Shown piece by piece: positions 1 through 9,795 of a stretch of 64,000 bases of DNA (position 1 is its first letter; every line of letters starts with the position of its first letter). The notes beneath the pieces are model-generated. The model made no database searches. It was not told the DNA's origin and saw nothing but the letters and a program-made list of their open reading frames with translations. A program made the position numbers and the translations under genes. Origin of the DNA: an uncultured Chloroflexia bacterium (GTDB taxonomy: Bacteria > Chloroflexota > Limnocylindria > Limnocylindrales > CSP1-4); contig CAWHDR010000001.1 in NCBI GenBank assembly GCA_963828165.1, forward strand, positions 544,001-608,000. The letters run 5' to 3'.

Positions 1-2
1 GC

Positions 3-539
3 CACGATCACCTGGACGTGCTCGTTCACGCGCTCGCCTTCGCCAAGCGCGAAGACCTGGCCGGCGGCTTCGTCGACACGTCCCGAGACGGCTTCGCGCT
101 TGCGCTGGACGTCTCGGCCTACTCGCTCGTCGCGCTGACGCGGGCGGCCAGGCCCTACCTGCGCAGCGGTTCATCCGTGCTGACGCTGACCTATCACGGC
201 TCGGAGAAGGTCGTCGCGAGCTACAACGTGATGGGAGTCGCGAAGGCCGCGCTGGAGGCTTCGGTCCGGTATCTCGCCGCGGATCTCGGGCCCGAGGGCA
301 TCCGGGTCAACGCGATCAGCGCGGGCCCGGTCCGCACGCTGGCGGCCAGTGGGATCGCAGGGTTCCGGAAGATGTACGGCTCCTTCGCGGAAGTTGCGCC
401 GTTGCGCAAGAACATCACCCCCGAGGACGTCGGCAAGAGCGCGGTCTACCTCGCCTCCGACCTGTCGACCGCGGTGACCGGCGAGATCCACTACGTCGAT
501 GGCGGCTTCAACATCGTGGGCGTGCCGACAGGCGACTGA
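3..539 (+). CDS. fabI: Enoyl-ACP reductase (5' truncated by window edge)
   Basis: Motifs DVSAYSL, YNVMGVAKAALE, VNAISAGPVRTLAASGI and YVDGG. The frame is open from the window start. Confidence 0.95.
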   Translation, partial: HDHLDVLVHALAFAKREDLAGGFVDTSRDGFALALDVSAYSLVALTRAARPYLRSGSSVLTLTYHGSEKVVASYNVMGVAKAALEASVRYLAADLGPEGIRVNAISAGPVRTLAASGIAGFRKMYGSFAEVAPLRKNITPEDVGKSAVYLASDLSTAVTGEIHYVDGGFNIVGVPTGD

Positions 540-591
540 CCGGAGTGGGCGAGTCGCCACCGCCGCCGGCGCCGCGAACGGATGCCCAACT

Positions 592-760
592 ATCGCTGTC
601 AGCGATCGTCACCAGGGCCGGGGCCCGCCCGGTCGGCCGAATGCCCTCGAATCGGTTGCAGACATCGCCACCAGCGATATCTGCGCCTGTTTCTGCAACG
701 TTTGTGCGGCCGGGGGGTGCTTTCGGGACCTGGCCGGAGCTTTGCATCGCCTGTGGCGAT
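592..760. repeat. Three ATCGC-N5-GCGAT palindromes in a convergent intergenic region
   Basis: ATCGCTGTCAGCGAT 592-606, ATCGCCACCAGCGAT 664-678, ATCGCCTGTGGCGAT 746-760. Confidence 0.6.
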
Positions 761-782
761 ATCTGCGGTCGGGAGGGGGAGG

Positions 783-1295
783 TCAGGCTGGGTTCCCGTT
801 CCCGATCGGGGCATCAAGTACGGACTGACAAGCGGCGCACCGCCCGATCATCGTCAGGTGCGAGACGTTGACGGCGAAGCCGCGCTGCGCAGCAAATGCG
901 TCGACCGCCGCCAGGACGGCCGGGTCGTCGGCGGCGAGCTCCCATTGGTCGCCGCAGCGCTGGCAATAGAGGTGACCGTGCTCGGTCTCCGGCAGGACGT
1001 GGAACTCCTCGCGGCCGTCCGCCCCGTGGCTGTGACTGAGGACGCCAAGCTCCTCGAGCACGTCCAGCGTTCGGTAGACGGTCGAGGGGATCGTCCCCGG
1101 GTCCAGCTCGCGGCAGCGCTCGACCAGCTCCACGCCGGTGACGTGCCCGTCGGTTCGTGACAGGACCTCGACGAGGATCCGGCGCTGGGGCGTCCAGCGC
1201 AATCCCCGGGCACGGAGCCGATCCGGGATGCCGGACCAGGTCGCGGACGACCCCGTACCGCCTCCCGGACGCGCGATCGATCCGCGGGCGTTCAT
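783..1295 (-). CDS. Fur-family metal-responsive regulator (possibly Nur/Zur-like)
   Basis: GLRWTPQRRIL, STVYRTLDVLEELG, HGHLYCQRC and GRCAAC motifs. Divergent from a NiCoT-type permease. Confidence 0.9.
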   Translation of the reverse strand: MNARGSIARPGGGTGSSATWSGIPDRLRARGLRWTPQRRILVEVLSRTDGHVTGVELVERCRELDPGTIPSTVYRTLDVLEELGVLSHSHGADGREEFHVLPETEHGHLYCQRCGDQWELAADDPAVLAAVDAFAAQRGFAVNVSHLTMIGRCAACQSVLDAPIGNGNPA

Positions 1296-1316
1296 CGCGC
1301 GAAGTATAGGTCGAGC

Positions 1317-1344
1317 GCAACCGCATGCAGATGCAACCGGTTGC
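1317..1344. promoter_or_regulatory. Putative Fur/Nur-family operator
   Basis: Perfect palindrome GCAACCGGTTGC at 1333-1344 and imperfect copy GCAACCGCATGC at 1317-1328, between the divergent regulator and permease. Confidence 0.5.
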
Positions 1345-1398
1345 GATAACTGCTCGGGCTCGGCTAGCATTCGGGCTTCACCGAGGCGAAAGGGACCG

Positions 1399-2390
1399 AT
1401 GCTCGACTTCATCGCACAGATCGACGCCAGCCCCGCCGGGGTCGGCGTGCTCGTCACCGGTCTGCTGCTTGGCATCCGCCACGGCATCGATTGGGACCAC
1501 ATCGCGGCGATCACGGACATCACGAGCACGACGGCCGCCGCCAGCGCCGGTGTGGCGGCTCACGCCCGAGACCACCTCGGTCCGACGGGACATCAGCACG
1601 GCCACGGCGGCTCGGCAGAGATGGCGGCCCACGGGGCTCCCCGGACGCCGCTCCCCCGCCCGCGGCGGGCGGGCGGGGCGGTGCCGGCGGTGCCGGCGTC
1701 GGGAGCGCCGCGATCGGTCAACGGCGGATCGGTCCGGAACAGGTCGAGGCGATCCGCCTCGGGACGCTGTACGCGGTCGGTCACGCCCTCGTCGTCATCG
1801 CCCTCGGCATCGCGGCGCTCGCCTTCGGGGCGCTGCTTCCGGATTGGCTGGATCCGATCATGGGCCGCGTCGTCGGGCTCACGCTGGTGGTCCTCGGGGT
1901 GTGGGTCCTGTATTCGGTCTTCCGCTACGCAACGACGGGTGAAGCATTCCGCCTGCGCAGCCGCTGGATGCTCGTCTTCGATGGCGCCAGGTACGCGTGG
2001 CGCCGTCTCCAGGCTCGCCTGCACGGCCACGAGCATGTGGAGCCGCTCGAGATGAGCTCGTACGGCACCCGTACCGCGCTCGGGGTCGGGATGATCCACG
2101 GCATCGGCGCCGAGACCGGGACGCAGGTCCTGCTGATCGCGGCGGTGGGGGGCGCGGCCAGCGCCGGGCTGGGCGTGCAGATGCTGCTGGCGTTCGTGCT
2201 CGGCCTGTTGATCTCCAACTTCGCGATCGTGGTGGTGAGCTCGGTCGGGTTCGTCGCGAGCCAGAAGCGCGAGATGATCTACGTGGCCGTGGGCGCCGTC
2301 GCCGGCGTGTTCAGCCTGGTCATCGGGATGATCTTCCTGTTCGGCCTCGACGAGGTACTGCCGGACCTGGAGTCCATGCTGCCCTTCTAG
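1399..2390 (+). CDS. HoxN/HupN/NixA (NiCoT)-like nickel/cobalt permease, one frameshift at about 1630-1700
   Basis: LGIRHGIDWDHIAAI signature and a His-rich loop, then GHALVV and GMIHGIGAETGTQ in the next frame. Multiple TM helices. Confidence 0.8.
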
Positions 2391-2410
2391 CCGCGGCGTA
2401 GCATCGGCGC

Positions 2411-4060
2411 GTGCTCCCGGACGCGATCCGTTTCCATCTGCCCAGACTGTCCGGCGCTCGGGATCTCGGACCCCGACGCCTGGCGATCCGGCTGCTCGCG
2501 ATCACCCTGCTGCCGCTGGCGACGTTGCTCATCGCGCTGGTCGAAGGCCCTCCGCTCGAGATCGCGGATGCGTCGCCGCTCTATCTCATCGCCGTCGTCG
2601 GCATCGCCGTCGTCTTCGGGACGGGCGCGTCCGTCGTGGCCGCGCTTGCGTCGTTCCTGCTGTACGACGCCCTCTTCGTCGAACCGCGGTTCACGCTCGC
2701 CGTGGACGATCCCGAGGAGTGGCTGAACCTGCTCCTGCTGCTGTTCGTCGGCATCGTCATCGGCCGCCTGGCGGCTCTCCAGGCCGAACGGGCGGACGAC
2801 GCGACGCGGCGCGCCGCCGAATCTCGCGCGCTCTTCCGCATCAGCCGAACGCTCGCCACGGCGACGAGCGTGACCGACGCGCTGCCGGTCATCGTCGAAG
2901 ACCTCCTGACCGAGACGCGGATGGAACGAATCTGGCTCGCTCGGAGCGAGGGCGGTCGTGAGGTCGTGGTCGCCGACTCTGGCCGCGGTCCGCTGCCATC
3001 CCATCGGATCCACGTCTCCCTCACCCGAACGCCCGGTGATCTGCCGATGCGTTGGGTCCAGGAGCATCGTCCGCAGGACCGTCCGCGCAGCAGCCCGCCG
3101 GATCCCGGCGTCGGCCTGTACCGGATCGTCATCGCTGCCGGCGAGGAGCCGGTCGGTTCGATCTGGGCGACACGGGCCCGGGCGGAGGGCCACCCCGATG
3201 CCGAGGAGACACGGGTGTTGAGCCTCGCCGCCGATCAGGTCGGGTTGGCGTTCCGCCGCGAGCGCCTGATCGAGCAGGCGAACGCGGCTGAGATCGCTCG
3301 CCAGAGTGAAGCGCTCAAGGGGGCGTTGCTCGATTCCGTCTCGCACGGATTCCGCACGCCACTGGCCAGCATCCGCGCCGCGGCGGGAAGCCTCCTCGAT
3401 CCGGAGGTGGCGTGGACCGACGAGCAACGACGTGCCGCCGCCCGCACGATCGACGCAGAAGCCCAACGCCTCAACATCCTGGTTCGAAACCTGCTCGACA
3501 TGAGCCGGATCGAGGCGGGAGAGCTCCGTCCCAGCCTCGAGGCGCTCGACGCGGAGGGCCTCATCACCCCGGTCGTGGAGCGGGTCTCGCGCGCGCTCGA
3601 TCAGGCCCCAGTCCAGATCTTGTTCGGTCCCGATCTCCCGCCGATCCGCGCCGATCCGAGCCTCTTCGACGAGGTGCTCGCGAACCTGCTGGAGAACGCG
3701 GCCCGCTACGCTCCCGAAGCCGTGACCCGCGTGAGCGTGGATGCCTGCCCGGACGGCCGAGTCCGGGTCCGGGTTGAAGACGCCGGTCGCGGAGTTCCTG
3801 CAGCTTCGCTCCCGCACCTGTTCGACAAGTTCTACCGCGTGCCGCGACACGGCGAGGGCGCACGGCGTGGGCTCGGGATCGGGCTCGGGGTCGTGAAAGG
3901 CCTCACCTTGGCCATGGGCGGGGAGGTCACCGCGAGTGCCAGCCCGCTCGGCGGGCTCGCGGTGGACGCCTTCTTCCACGCGGCGCCAGAGCCGCCGCTC
4001 GAGATCGGTGGGGAGGCCGATGTCGGCGACGCTGCCGAGCCAGGCGTGGCGGCACCGTGA
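2411..4060 (+). CDS. kdpD: KdpD-like sensor histidine kinase (DUF4118 TM + GAF + HisKA + HATPase; no N-terminal KdpD/Usp domains)
   Basis: ASFLLYDALFVEPRFTLAV, DSVSHGFRTPLASI, NLLENAARY and GLGIGLG motifs. Confidence 0.8.
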   Translation: MLPDAIRFHLPRLSGARDLGPRRLAIRLLAITLLPLATLLIALVEGPPLEIADASPLYLIAVVGIAVVFGTGASVVAALASFLLYDALFVEPRFTLAVDDPEEWLNLLLLLFVGIVIGRLAALQAERADDATRRAAESRALFRISRTLATATSVTDALPVIVEDLLTETRMERIWLARSEGGREVVVADSGRGPLPSHRIHVSLTRTPGDLPMRWVQEHRPQDRPRSSPPDPGVGLYRIVIAAGEEPVGSIWATRARAEGHPDAEETRVLSLAADQVGLAFRRERLIEQANAAEIARQSEALKGALLDSVSHGFRTPLASIRAAAGSLLDPEVAWTDEQRRAAARTIDAEAQRLNILVRNLLDMSRIEAGELRPSLEALDAEGLITPVVERVSRALDQAPVQILFGPDLPPIRADPSLFDEVLANLLENAARYAPEAVTRVSVDACPDGRVRVRVEDAGRGVPAASLPHLFDKFYRVPRHGEGARRGLGIGLGVVKGLTLAMGGEVTASASPLGGLAVDAFFHAAPEPPLEIGGEADVGDAAEPGVAAP

Positions 4061-4770
4061 CCGCGGACGTCGAGCGAGGCCCCCACATCCTGCTCGTCGA
4101 GGATGACGACTCCACACGGGCACTGGTCGCGGCGAACCTCGAGGCGCACGGCTACGGGGTTCGGACGGCGAGTACCGCGGACGACGCGGTGCGGTCGTGG
4201 GACGCCCAGCGACCGGACCTTGTCGTCCTCGACTTGGGCCTGCCAGACGCCGACGGGATGACCGTCATCCGCCGGGTCCGACGCGACGCCACGACACCGA
4301 TCCTCATCCTCTCGGCCCGGGACGAGGAACCCGACAAGGTCGCGGCGCTGGAGCTGGGCGCCGACGACTACGTCACGAAGCCGTTCGGGCTCGATGAGCT
4401 GCGAGCGCGCGTCGCCGCGTTGCTGCGTCGGGCGGCCGGACCGGCGGCCGACGCGACCGGATCGATCACGCTGGGCGCGCTCGTGCTCGATGTGACGCGA
4501 CGCGACGTTCGGCTGGGTGACGTGCCGCTGGACTTGACCCCGCGCGAATACGAGTTGCTCAAGGTCCTGATGGCCCAACCAGGCCGGTTGGTGACCCGCG
4601 GGGCGCTCCTGCGCGCGGTGTGGGGACGCCAGTACGTCGAGGAGGACCACTACCTCCACGTCTATGTCAGCCGCCTGCGGCGCAAGCTCGCGGGGGCCGA
4701 CCCGACCGGCACGATGCACGATCTCATCACTGCCGAACCCGGGGTCGGGTACCGGATCCGGGAGCCCTGA
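4057..4770 (+). CDS. kdpE: KdpE-like OmpR-family response regulator
   Basis: LVEDD, DLGLPDADG, KVAALELGADDYVTKPF and HYLHVYVSRLRRKL motifs. GTGA overlap with the kinase. Confidence 0.88.
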   Translation: MTADVERGPHILLVEDDDSTRALVAANLEAHGYGVRTASTADDAVRSWDAQRPDLVVLDLGLPDADGMTVIRRVRRDATTPILILSARDEEPDKVAALELGADDYVTKPFGLDELRARVAALLRRAAGPAADATGSITLGALVLDVTRRDVRLGDVPLDLTPREYELLKVLMAQPGRLVTRGALLRAVWGRQYVEEDHYLHVYVSRLRRKLAGADPTGTMHDLITAEPGVGYRIREP

Positions 4771-4787
4771 GGCGGTTTCGACGCGGC

Positions 4788-4806
4788 TTGTTGAGGGGTT
4801 GTTGAG
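4788..4806 (+). promoter_or_regulatory. Putative OmpR/KdpE-type tandem binding site
   Basis: TTGTTGAG direct repeat at 4788 and 4799 (11-bp period), upstream of the small ORF and the KimA-like gene. Confidence 0.45.
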
Positions 4807-4863
4807 CGGCGACACGACCAACCAACCCGGATCCCTCTTGGGAGCGCCGCGTACGTTCGAGAC

Positions 4864-5127
4864 ATGCATGAAGTCGAGGCGCGGACCTCGCCCGGTTCCC
4901 GGCCCGACCCGCTGGATGTCGCCCTCCGCGAGGTCGACGTCGCGATCGAGCTCGTCGTCACCGGCCTCGCGAGGGTCGTCCAGCTGACAGGTCTCGACGC
5001 GGCGGAGCGCGCCGCGGCGCCCGGGCTCGCCCAGGCCCAGGCGGCGGGTGTTCGCTTCGAGCTCCAACGATCCAACTCCGTCGCGGGCGCGGTCAGCCTG
5101 CGCATCGGGCCACGGACCGATGACTGA
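4864..5127 (+). CDS. Hypothetical protein (87 aa)
   Basis: ORF with host-like codon usage filling the gap between kdpE and the permease. Confidence 0.6.
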   Translation: MHEVEARTSPGSRPDPLDVALREVDVAIELVVTGLARVVQLTGLDAAERAAAPGLAQAQAAGVRFELQRSNSVAGAVSLRIGPRTDD

Positions 5128-5160
5128 GGCGTCGGCGCCCGGCTGTCGGGGAGCCCGCCG

Positions 5161-7410
5161 ATGATCGGCGGGCGTCGGCAGCTCAAGGGGCGCAAGTCCG
5201 GCGATCGACGCGTTCGCGTCGAGCGTCCGCACTCCCCCTACTTCCGGTACACGGGCCACGGAGCCCTCGTCGCGCGCGAGGCGGCCTCGCTGCCCCGAAC
5301 GCGCTCGGGTCGGGCGGTCGCGCGGGTTCGTCACGTCGTCTTCGGGCGACCCCTGGCGAACGAGGAGGAGATCGGCGAGCGCCTGCCCAAGAAGAAGGCC
5401 CTCGCGATCTTCAGCTCCGATGCGATCAGTTCGTCCGCATATGCGACCGAGGAGATCCTCCGTGTCCTGCTGGTCGCAGGCGTCGGAGCGCTACTCGTCT
5501 CCGTCCAGGTCGCGATCGCGATCGCGGTCCTCCTCGCGGTCGTGTCGGTGTCGTACCGGCAGGTCTGTCATGCCTATCCCAACGGGGGCGGCGCGTATGT
5601 CGTGGCACGGACGAACCTCCGACCGATCTTTGGGCTGGTCGCTGCGGCCGCCCTGCTCATCGACTACGTCATGACGGTGGCCGTGTCGACGGCCGCCGCG
5701 ATCGCACAGATCCAGTCCGTGATCCCGGCTGCCTACGACGTTCGGATCCAGATCGCGTTCGTATCGATCGCGTTGATCACGGTCGCGAACCTGCGCGGCC
5801 TCCGCGAGTCCGGGAACATCTTCGCGGTGCCGACCTACCTGTTCGTCGGATTGGCACTCGCGATCGTCGGGATCGGCGTCTTTTGGATCGTCACCGGGAC
5901 GGCGAGCCCGGTCCCGCCGCGGCCCGACGCCGTGCCCCTCGGCACCGAGACGCTCGGCGTCCTGCTGCTGCTCAAGGCCTTCGCCGGCGGCTCCGTTGCG
6001 CTGACTGGCGTCGAGGCCATCGCCAACGGGGTGCCCGCGTTCAAGCGACCCGAGTCGAAGAACGCCGCAAACACGATGACGACCATGGCCGTGCTGCTGG
6101 GGATCTTGTTCATCGGACTCACCGTCTTCGCGGTCGCGTTCGGCCTGCGACCGACTGAGGACGGTGGGCCGTCGATCGTCGCGATGGCGGCACAGACGGC
6201 GTTCGGGGACGATTCGCCGCTCTACTACACGTTCGCGGCGAGCACCGCACTGATCCTGTTCCTCGCTGCGAACACGAGCTTCAACGCCTTCCCGCGCCTG
6301 GCCGCGATCCTGTCCGAGGACGGCTACATGCCCCGCCAGTTTTCATTCCGCGGCGACCGCCTGGCGTATTCGTGGGGGATCGTCCTGCTGGCGGGCGTCG
6401 CGTTCCTGTTGCTGTGGGCCTTCGGCGGCGACACCCACGCGCTGATCCCGTTGTATTCCGTCGGCGTGTTCCTGTGCTTCACCCTCAGCCAGACCGGGAT
6501 GGTCCGGCATTGGCTGCGCGTGCGCGAAACGGGCTGGCGCTGGCGCCTCGGCGTCAACGCCGCGGGCGGAGTCCTGACCGGCGTCGTCCTGGGCATCGTC
6601 GTGTTCGAGAAGTTCGCCGATGGCGCCTATCTCGTCGTGATCCTGGTGCCGCTCCTTGTCGGCATGATGCTGTTCATCAGTCGCCAGTACGCCCACTCGT
6701 CCCGCCAGCTCGCCGTGGACCCGGCCCTCGTCGTGTCGCCGCCGCACCGCGAAGAGCGGGTCGTCATCCCCATCTCTGGCCTCGACCGGGCGTCGATCCA
6801 GGCGATCAACGTCGGGCGTTCGATCGACGACGACGTCCGTGCCGTCTACATCTCGACCGATCGCGAGGGCGCGGCCACGGTCCGCGCTGACTTCGAGCGG
6901 CAGGTTCCCGGCGTCCCGCTCGTCGTCGTGGAGTCGCCGTATCGCGCGCTCGCCGGCCCGCTGGTCGCGTACCTCGACGTGCTCGACACGGCATGGCCGC
7001 CGGACAAGCCCGACCCGATCACCTTCGTCGTGATCCCCGAGTACGTGGCGCGCAGCTGGTGGGAGCGGATCCTCTACAACCAATCATCCAAGCGGCTGCG
7101 CAAGAACCTGCTCGGTCGACGCCATACCGTGATCGTCAACGTCCCGTATCGCCGGGAGGATACCAGGCGATACCTCGCCGATCAGTCCGCCGAGCGAACC
7201 TGGAACCGGGTCAGCGCCCGGGTCGTGAGCAGGAACCCACCGATCACGACGATGGCGAGGATCGCCACCGAGACGAGCGGGGCCAGGACATCGACGCCCA
7301 CGTCCTCGCCGGTCAGCGCGGCGGCCACGCCGAGGGTCCCCTGGCGGATGGACATGAAGCGCGTGCCCTCCAGCAGGCCGGCGAGGACCCCCTCCCACAG
7401 CAACGTGTAG
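5161..7410 (+). CDS. APC-superfamily KimA/YdaO-type potassium permease (3' end uncertain)
   Basis: ALAIFSSDAISSSAYATEEIL, AYPNGGGAY, LTGVEAIANGVPAF and ESPYR motifs. The last ~75 codons overlap the convergent gene. Confidence 0.85.
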   Translation: MIGGRRQLKGRKSGDRRVRVERPHSPYFRYTGHGALVAREAASLPRTRSGRAVARVRHVVFGRPLANEEEIGERLPKKKALAIFSSDAISSSAYATEEILRVLLVAGVGALLVSVQVAIAIAVLLAVVSVSYRQVCHAYPNGGGAYVVARTNLRPIFGLVAAAALLIDYVMTVAVSTAAAIAQIQSVIPAAYDVRIQIAFVSIALITVANLRGLRESGNIFAVPTYLFVGLALAIVGIGVFWIVTGTASPVPPRPDAVPLGTETLGVLLLLKAFAGGSVALTGVEAIANGVPAFKRPESKNAANTMTTMAVLLGILFIGLTVFAVAFGLRPTEDGGPSIVAMAAQTAFGDDSPLYYTFAASTALILFLAANTSFNAFPRLAAILSEDGYMPRQFSFRGDRLAYSWGIVLLAGVAFLLLWAFGGDTHALIPLYSVGVFLCFTLSQTGMVRHWLRVRETGWRWRLGVNAAGGVLTGVVLGIVVFEKFADGAYLVVILVPLLVGMMLFISRQYAHSSRQLAVDPALVVSPPHREERVVIPISGLDRASIQAINVGRSIDDDVRAVYISTDREGAATVRADFERQVPGVPLVVVESPYRALAGPLVAYLDVLDTAWPPDKPDPITFVVIPEYVARSWWERILYNQSSKRLRKNLLGRRHTVIVNVPYRREDTRRYLADQSAERTWNRVSARVVSRNPPITTMARIATETSGARTSTPTSSPVSAAATPRVPWRMDMKRVPSSRPARTPSHSNV

Positions 7411-7907
7411 GCCAAGCCGACCACGAGCGCTCGGCTCGTCACGACACCGAGGGCCGAGAACGCGACCGCATAGGCCGTGCCACCTGCCACGGCAGCCACC
7501 GCGAACCCGACGGCGGTCGACACCGAATCGCCGTCGAAGCCCTCGACCAGGAGCGCCGTCACGACGATCGGGGGCACCGTGAGCGCCGCCGTCAACCCGG
7601 CCGCGACGGCGAGCTTGGCCAGCGCGGTACGCCAGCGGGCGATGGGCTTCGCGAGCAGGAAGACGACCGTGCCGTCCTCGATCTCGGAGCCGATGGTCGC
7701 CGTGCCGAAGACCAGCGCGATGAGCGGTAGGACCGTCCGGATCACGAGGGTGTCGAGGATCTCCGGCGCATCGTTGCGTCCGCCACCGAGGCGGATGAGC
7801 AGACCGACCAGGACTGGCAGGGCCGCCAGCAGCACCATCAGCAGCGTCCGACGCCGGCCGAGCAGGGCGCGCAGCGTCACGTCGACGAGTGCCCCGAATG
7901 CGGTCAT
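7182..7907 (-). CDS. ABC-2 type transporter permease
   Basis: Hydrophobic; GSEIEDGTVVFLLAKPIARW motif. Confidence 0.85.
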   Translation of the reverse strand: MTAFGALVDVTLRALLGRRRTLLMVLLAALPVLVGLLIRLGGGRNDAPEILDTLVIRTVLPLIALVFGTATIGSEIEDGTVVFLLAKPIARWRTALAKLAVAAGLTAALTVPPIVVTALLVEGFDGDSVSTAVGFAVAAVAGGTAYAVAFSALGVVTSRALVVGLAYTLLWEGVLAGLLEGTRFMSIRQGTLGVAAALTGEDVGVDVLAPLVSVAILAIVVIGGFLLTTRALTRFQVRSAD

Positions 7908-8887
7908 CGGCCCCCTCGCACGAGGTAGCCGAACACGCTCTCGAGCGAATCGTCGGTCGGGGTGACTTCGTGCAGCCGGATACCGGCCGTGCGCGCGGTC
8001 GGGGCCACGATCCGGGTGAAGGCCCCGTAGTCGGAGGTCCGGACCGCGAGGAGGCCGTCGACGAGCTCGGCACCGAACACCGCGGGCTGGCGCAGCAGCG
8101 CGGCGGCCAGCGTCCGGTCGTCGGACGAGCGGATCGTGAATCGGTGCGGGCGATCGGTCATGAGCCGCCGGATCGAGCGGAAGTCGCCGGACGCCGCGAG
8201 CCGACCCGCGTAGACGACGAGGACCGCGTCAGCCAGGCGCTCGACTTCCTCGAGGATGTGCGACGAGAACAGGATCACGCGCCCAGCGGCGGCCATGTCG
8301 CGCAGCAAGGCCATCATGTGCAGGCGCTGGCGCGGGTCCATGCCGTTGAACGGCTCGTCGAGCAGGAGGATGCGCGGCTCATGGACGAGCGCGGCCGCGA
8401 GCTTGGCCCGCTGGCGCATGCCCTTCGAATACGTGCGCAGCTGGCGGTCCGCCGCTTCGGTGAGGTCGACCGTGGCGATCGCCCGTTCCGTGGCGGCCTC
8501 GGCGTCCGGCATGCCCTGCAGGTCGGCGTTGAGCCGGACGAATCCGCGACCGGTCAGGTAGCCCGGCACCGCCTCGCGCTCGGGCACGAGGCCCATCTCG
8601 CGGTACACGGACGGGTCTCCGAAGGCGGGCCGGCCGTCGATCCGGGCCGCGCCGGCGGATGGCGCCAGCAGCCCCGACAGGAGGTGCAGCAGCGTCGATT
8701 TGCCGGCGCCGTTCGGCCCGAGCAGCCCGGTGACGCCCGGACCGAGCGCGAACGAGATGTCATTGACGGCCACGACGTTGCCGTACCAGCGCGAGACGTG
8801 ATCGAGCTCGATGGCGGGCGCGGGCATGGGTGCGGGCGTCGGCGCGAGCGTGGGAGCCAGCGCCGGGGCGGGCGTCGGCTCGCTCAC
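7904..8887 (-). CDS. ABC transporter ATP-binding protein
   Basis: GPNGAGKST, YSKGMRQR and LLLDEP motifs. GTG start overlaps the upstream stop. Confidence 0.92.
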   Translation of the reverse strand: MSEPTPAPALAPTLAPTPAPMPAPAIELDHVSRWYGNVVAVNDISFALGPGVTGLLGPNGAGKSTLLHLLSGLLAPSAGAARIDGRPAFGDPSVYREMGLVPEREAVPGYLTGRGFVRLNADLQGMPDAEAATERAIATVDLTEAADRQLRTYSKGMRQRAKLAAALVHEPRILLLDEPFNGMDPRQRLHMMALLRDMAAAGRVILFSSHILEEVERLADAVLVVYAGRLAASGDFRSIRRLMTDRPHRFTIRSSDDRTLAAALLRQPAVFGAELVDGLLAVRTSDYGAFTRIVAPTARTAGIRLHEVTPTDDSLESVFGYLVRGGR

Positions 8888-9795
8888 GCCGTGATCCCGA
8901 GATAGCGGCGCAGGACGAGGGCGACGCACGCGAGCGTCTCGACGGCCGCCGCCACGATGTAGGCCCAGCCGGGGAGGTTCGCGGCGACGACGGTCGGGTT
9001 GGGGGAGATCGCGCCGAACACCGCGGCGTTCACCCCGTCGATGATGTCGCTCGGGCTGGCCAGCACGAGGAGGCGAGCGGCATCGCCCGCGGCGAGCTCG
9101 GCCATCAGCGCGACCACGATCGGCGGGATGATGAACACCGCGATGATCGCGGCCGTGGCGTATGCCCGTCGCGGCGTCCAGGCCGCGATGACCGTCGCGA
9201 CCCCGCCCAGGAGAGCCGAAGCGAGCAGGGAGACCGCGAGGTACCGCGGCACGTCGGGAAGCTCCTCGCGCAGCCCGGTCAACGGGTCCGGGGCGGCCAG
9301 GATCGCGCCGATCGACAGGATGACCTGCGGCACGATCGAGATCACGAAGATGGCGAGGAACAGGCCGCCGGCCCGGGCCAGCGTGTAGTCGACGCGCGTC
9401 AGGACCCGCGAGAAATACAGCGGCAGCACGCCGTGGCGCTGGTCGCGCCCGAACAGCTCCGGGGCCTGGGCGGCGCAGAACAGCATGACCAGCGTCGAGG
9501 TCAGGTTCTGATAGGTGTCGTGGCGGATCGGCGAAACCTCCCCGAGCTCGGCCCCGGCGCCGGCCTGCGCGGCGAGGGCCGTGATCCCGACGGCGAGGAC
9601 CGCGGGCAGCACGGACAGCCCGAGCATCAGGAACGGCATGATCTTCGCCCGACCGCCGCGTCCGATCCCGTAGGCAGCCCTGAGCGTCTGGGACAGCAGT
9701 CCGAGCGCCACCGCCGGTCGGCCGAGGCGCGGCCCGTCGTAGCCCTGGTAGCCGAGGTCGTAGATGCTGCTCGACGGGCCCCCCACCCCGGTCAC
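8884..9795 (-). CDS. ABC-2 type transporter permease
   Basis: IYDLGYQGYDGPR and DQRHGVLPLYFSR motifs; multiple TM helices. Confidence 0.85.
   Translation of the reverse strand: MTGVGGPSSSIYDLGYQGYDGPRLGRPAVALGLLSQTLRAAYGIGRGGRAKIMPFLMLGLSVLPAVLAVGITALAAQAGAGAELGEVSPIRHDTYQNLTSTLVMLFCAAQAPELFGRDQRHGVLPLYFSRVLTRVDYTLARAGGLFLAIFVISIVPQVILSIGAILAAPDPLTGLREELPDVPRYLAVSLLASALLGGVATVIAAWTPRRAYATAAIIAVFIIPPIVVALMAELAAGDAARLLVLASPSDIIDGVNAAVFGAISPNPTVVAANLPGWAYIVAAAVETLACVALVLRRYLGITA

Noticed and set aside
4771-5160. c-di-AMP (ydaO) riboswitch upstream of the KimA-like gene
   Set aside because: No recognisable conserved riboswitch core by eye, and the space is largely taken by an ORF. A covariance search would be needed to exclude it fully.
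7182-7410. Long convergent overlap of the KimA-like ORF with the ABC permease, and of the helicase ORF to 16527
   Set aside because: More simply explained by stop-codon scarcity at high GC or terminal indels. Family similarity ends before the overlaps.
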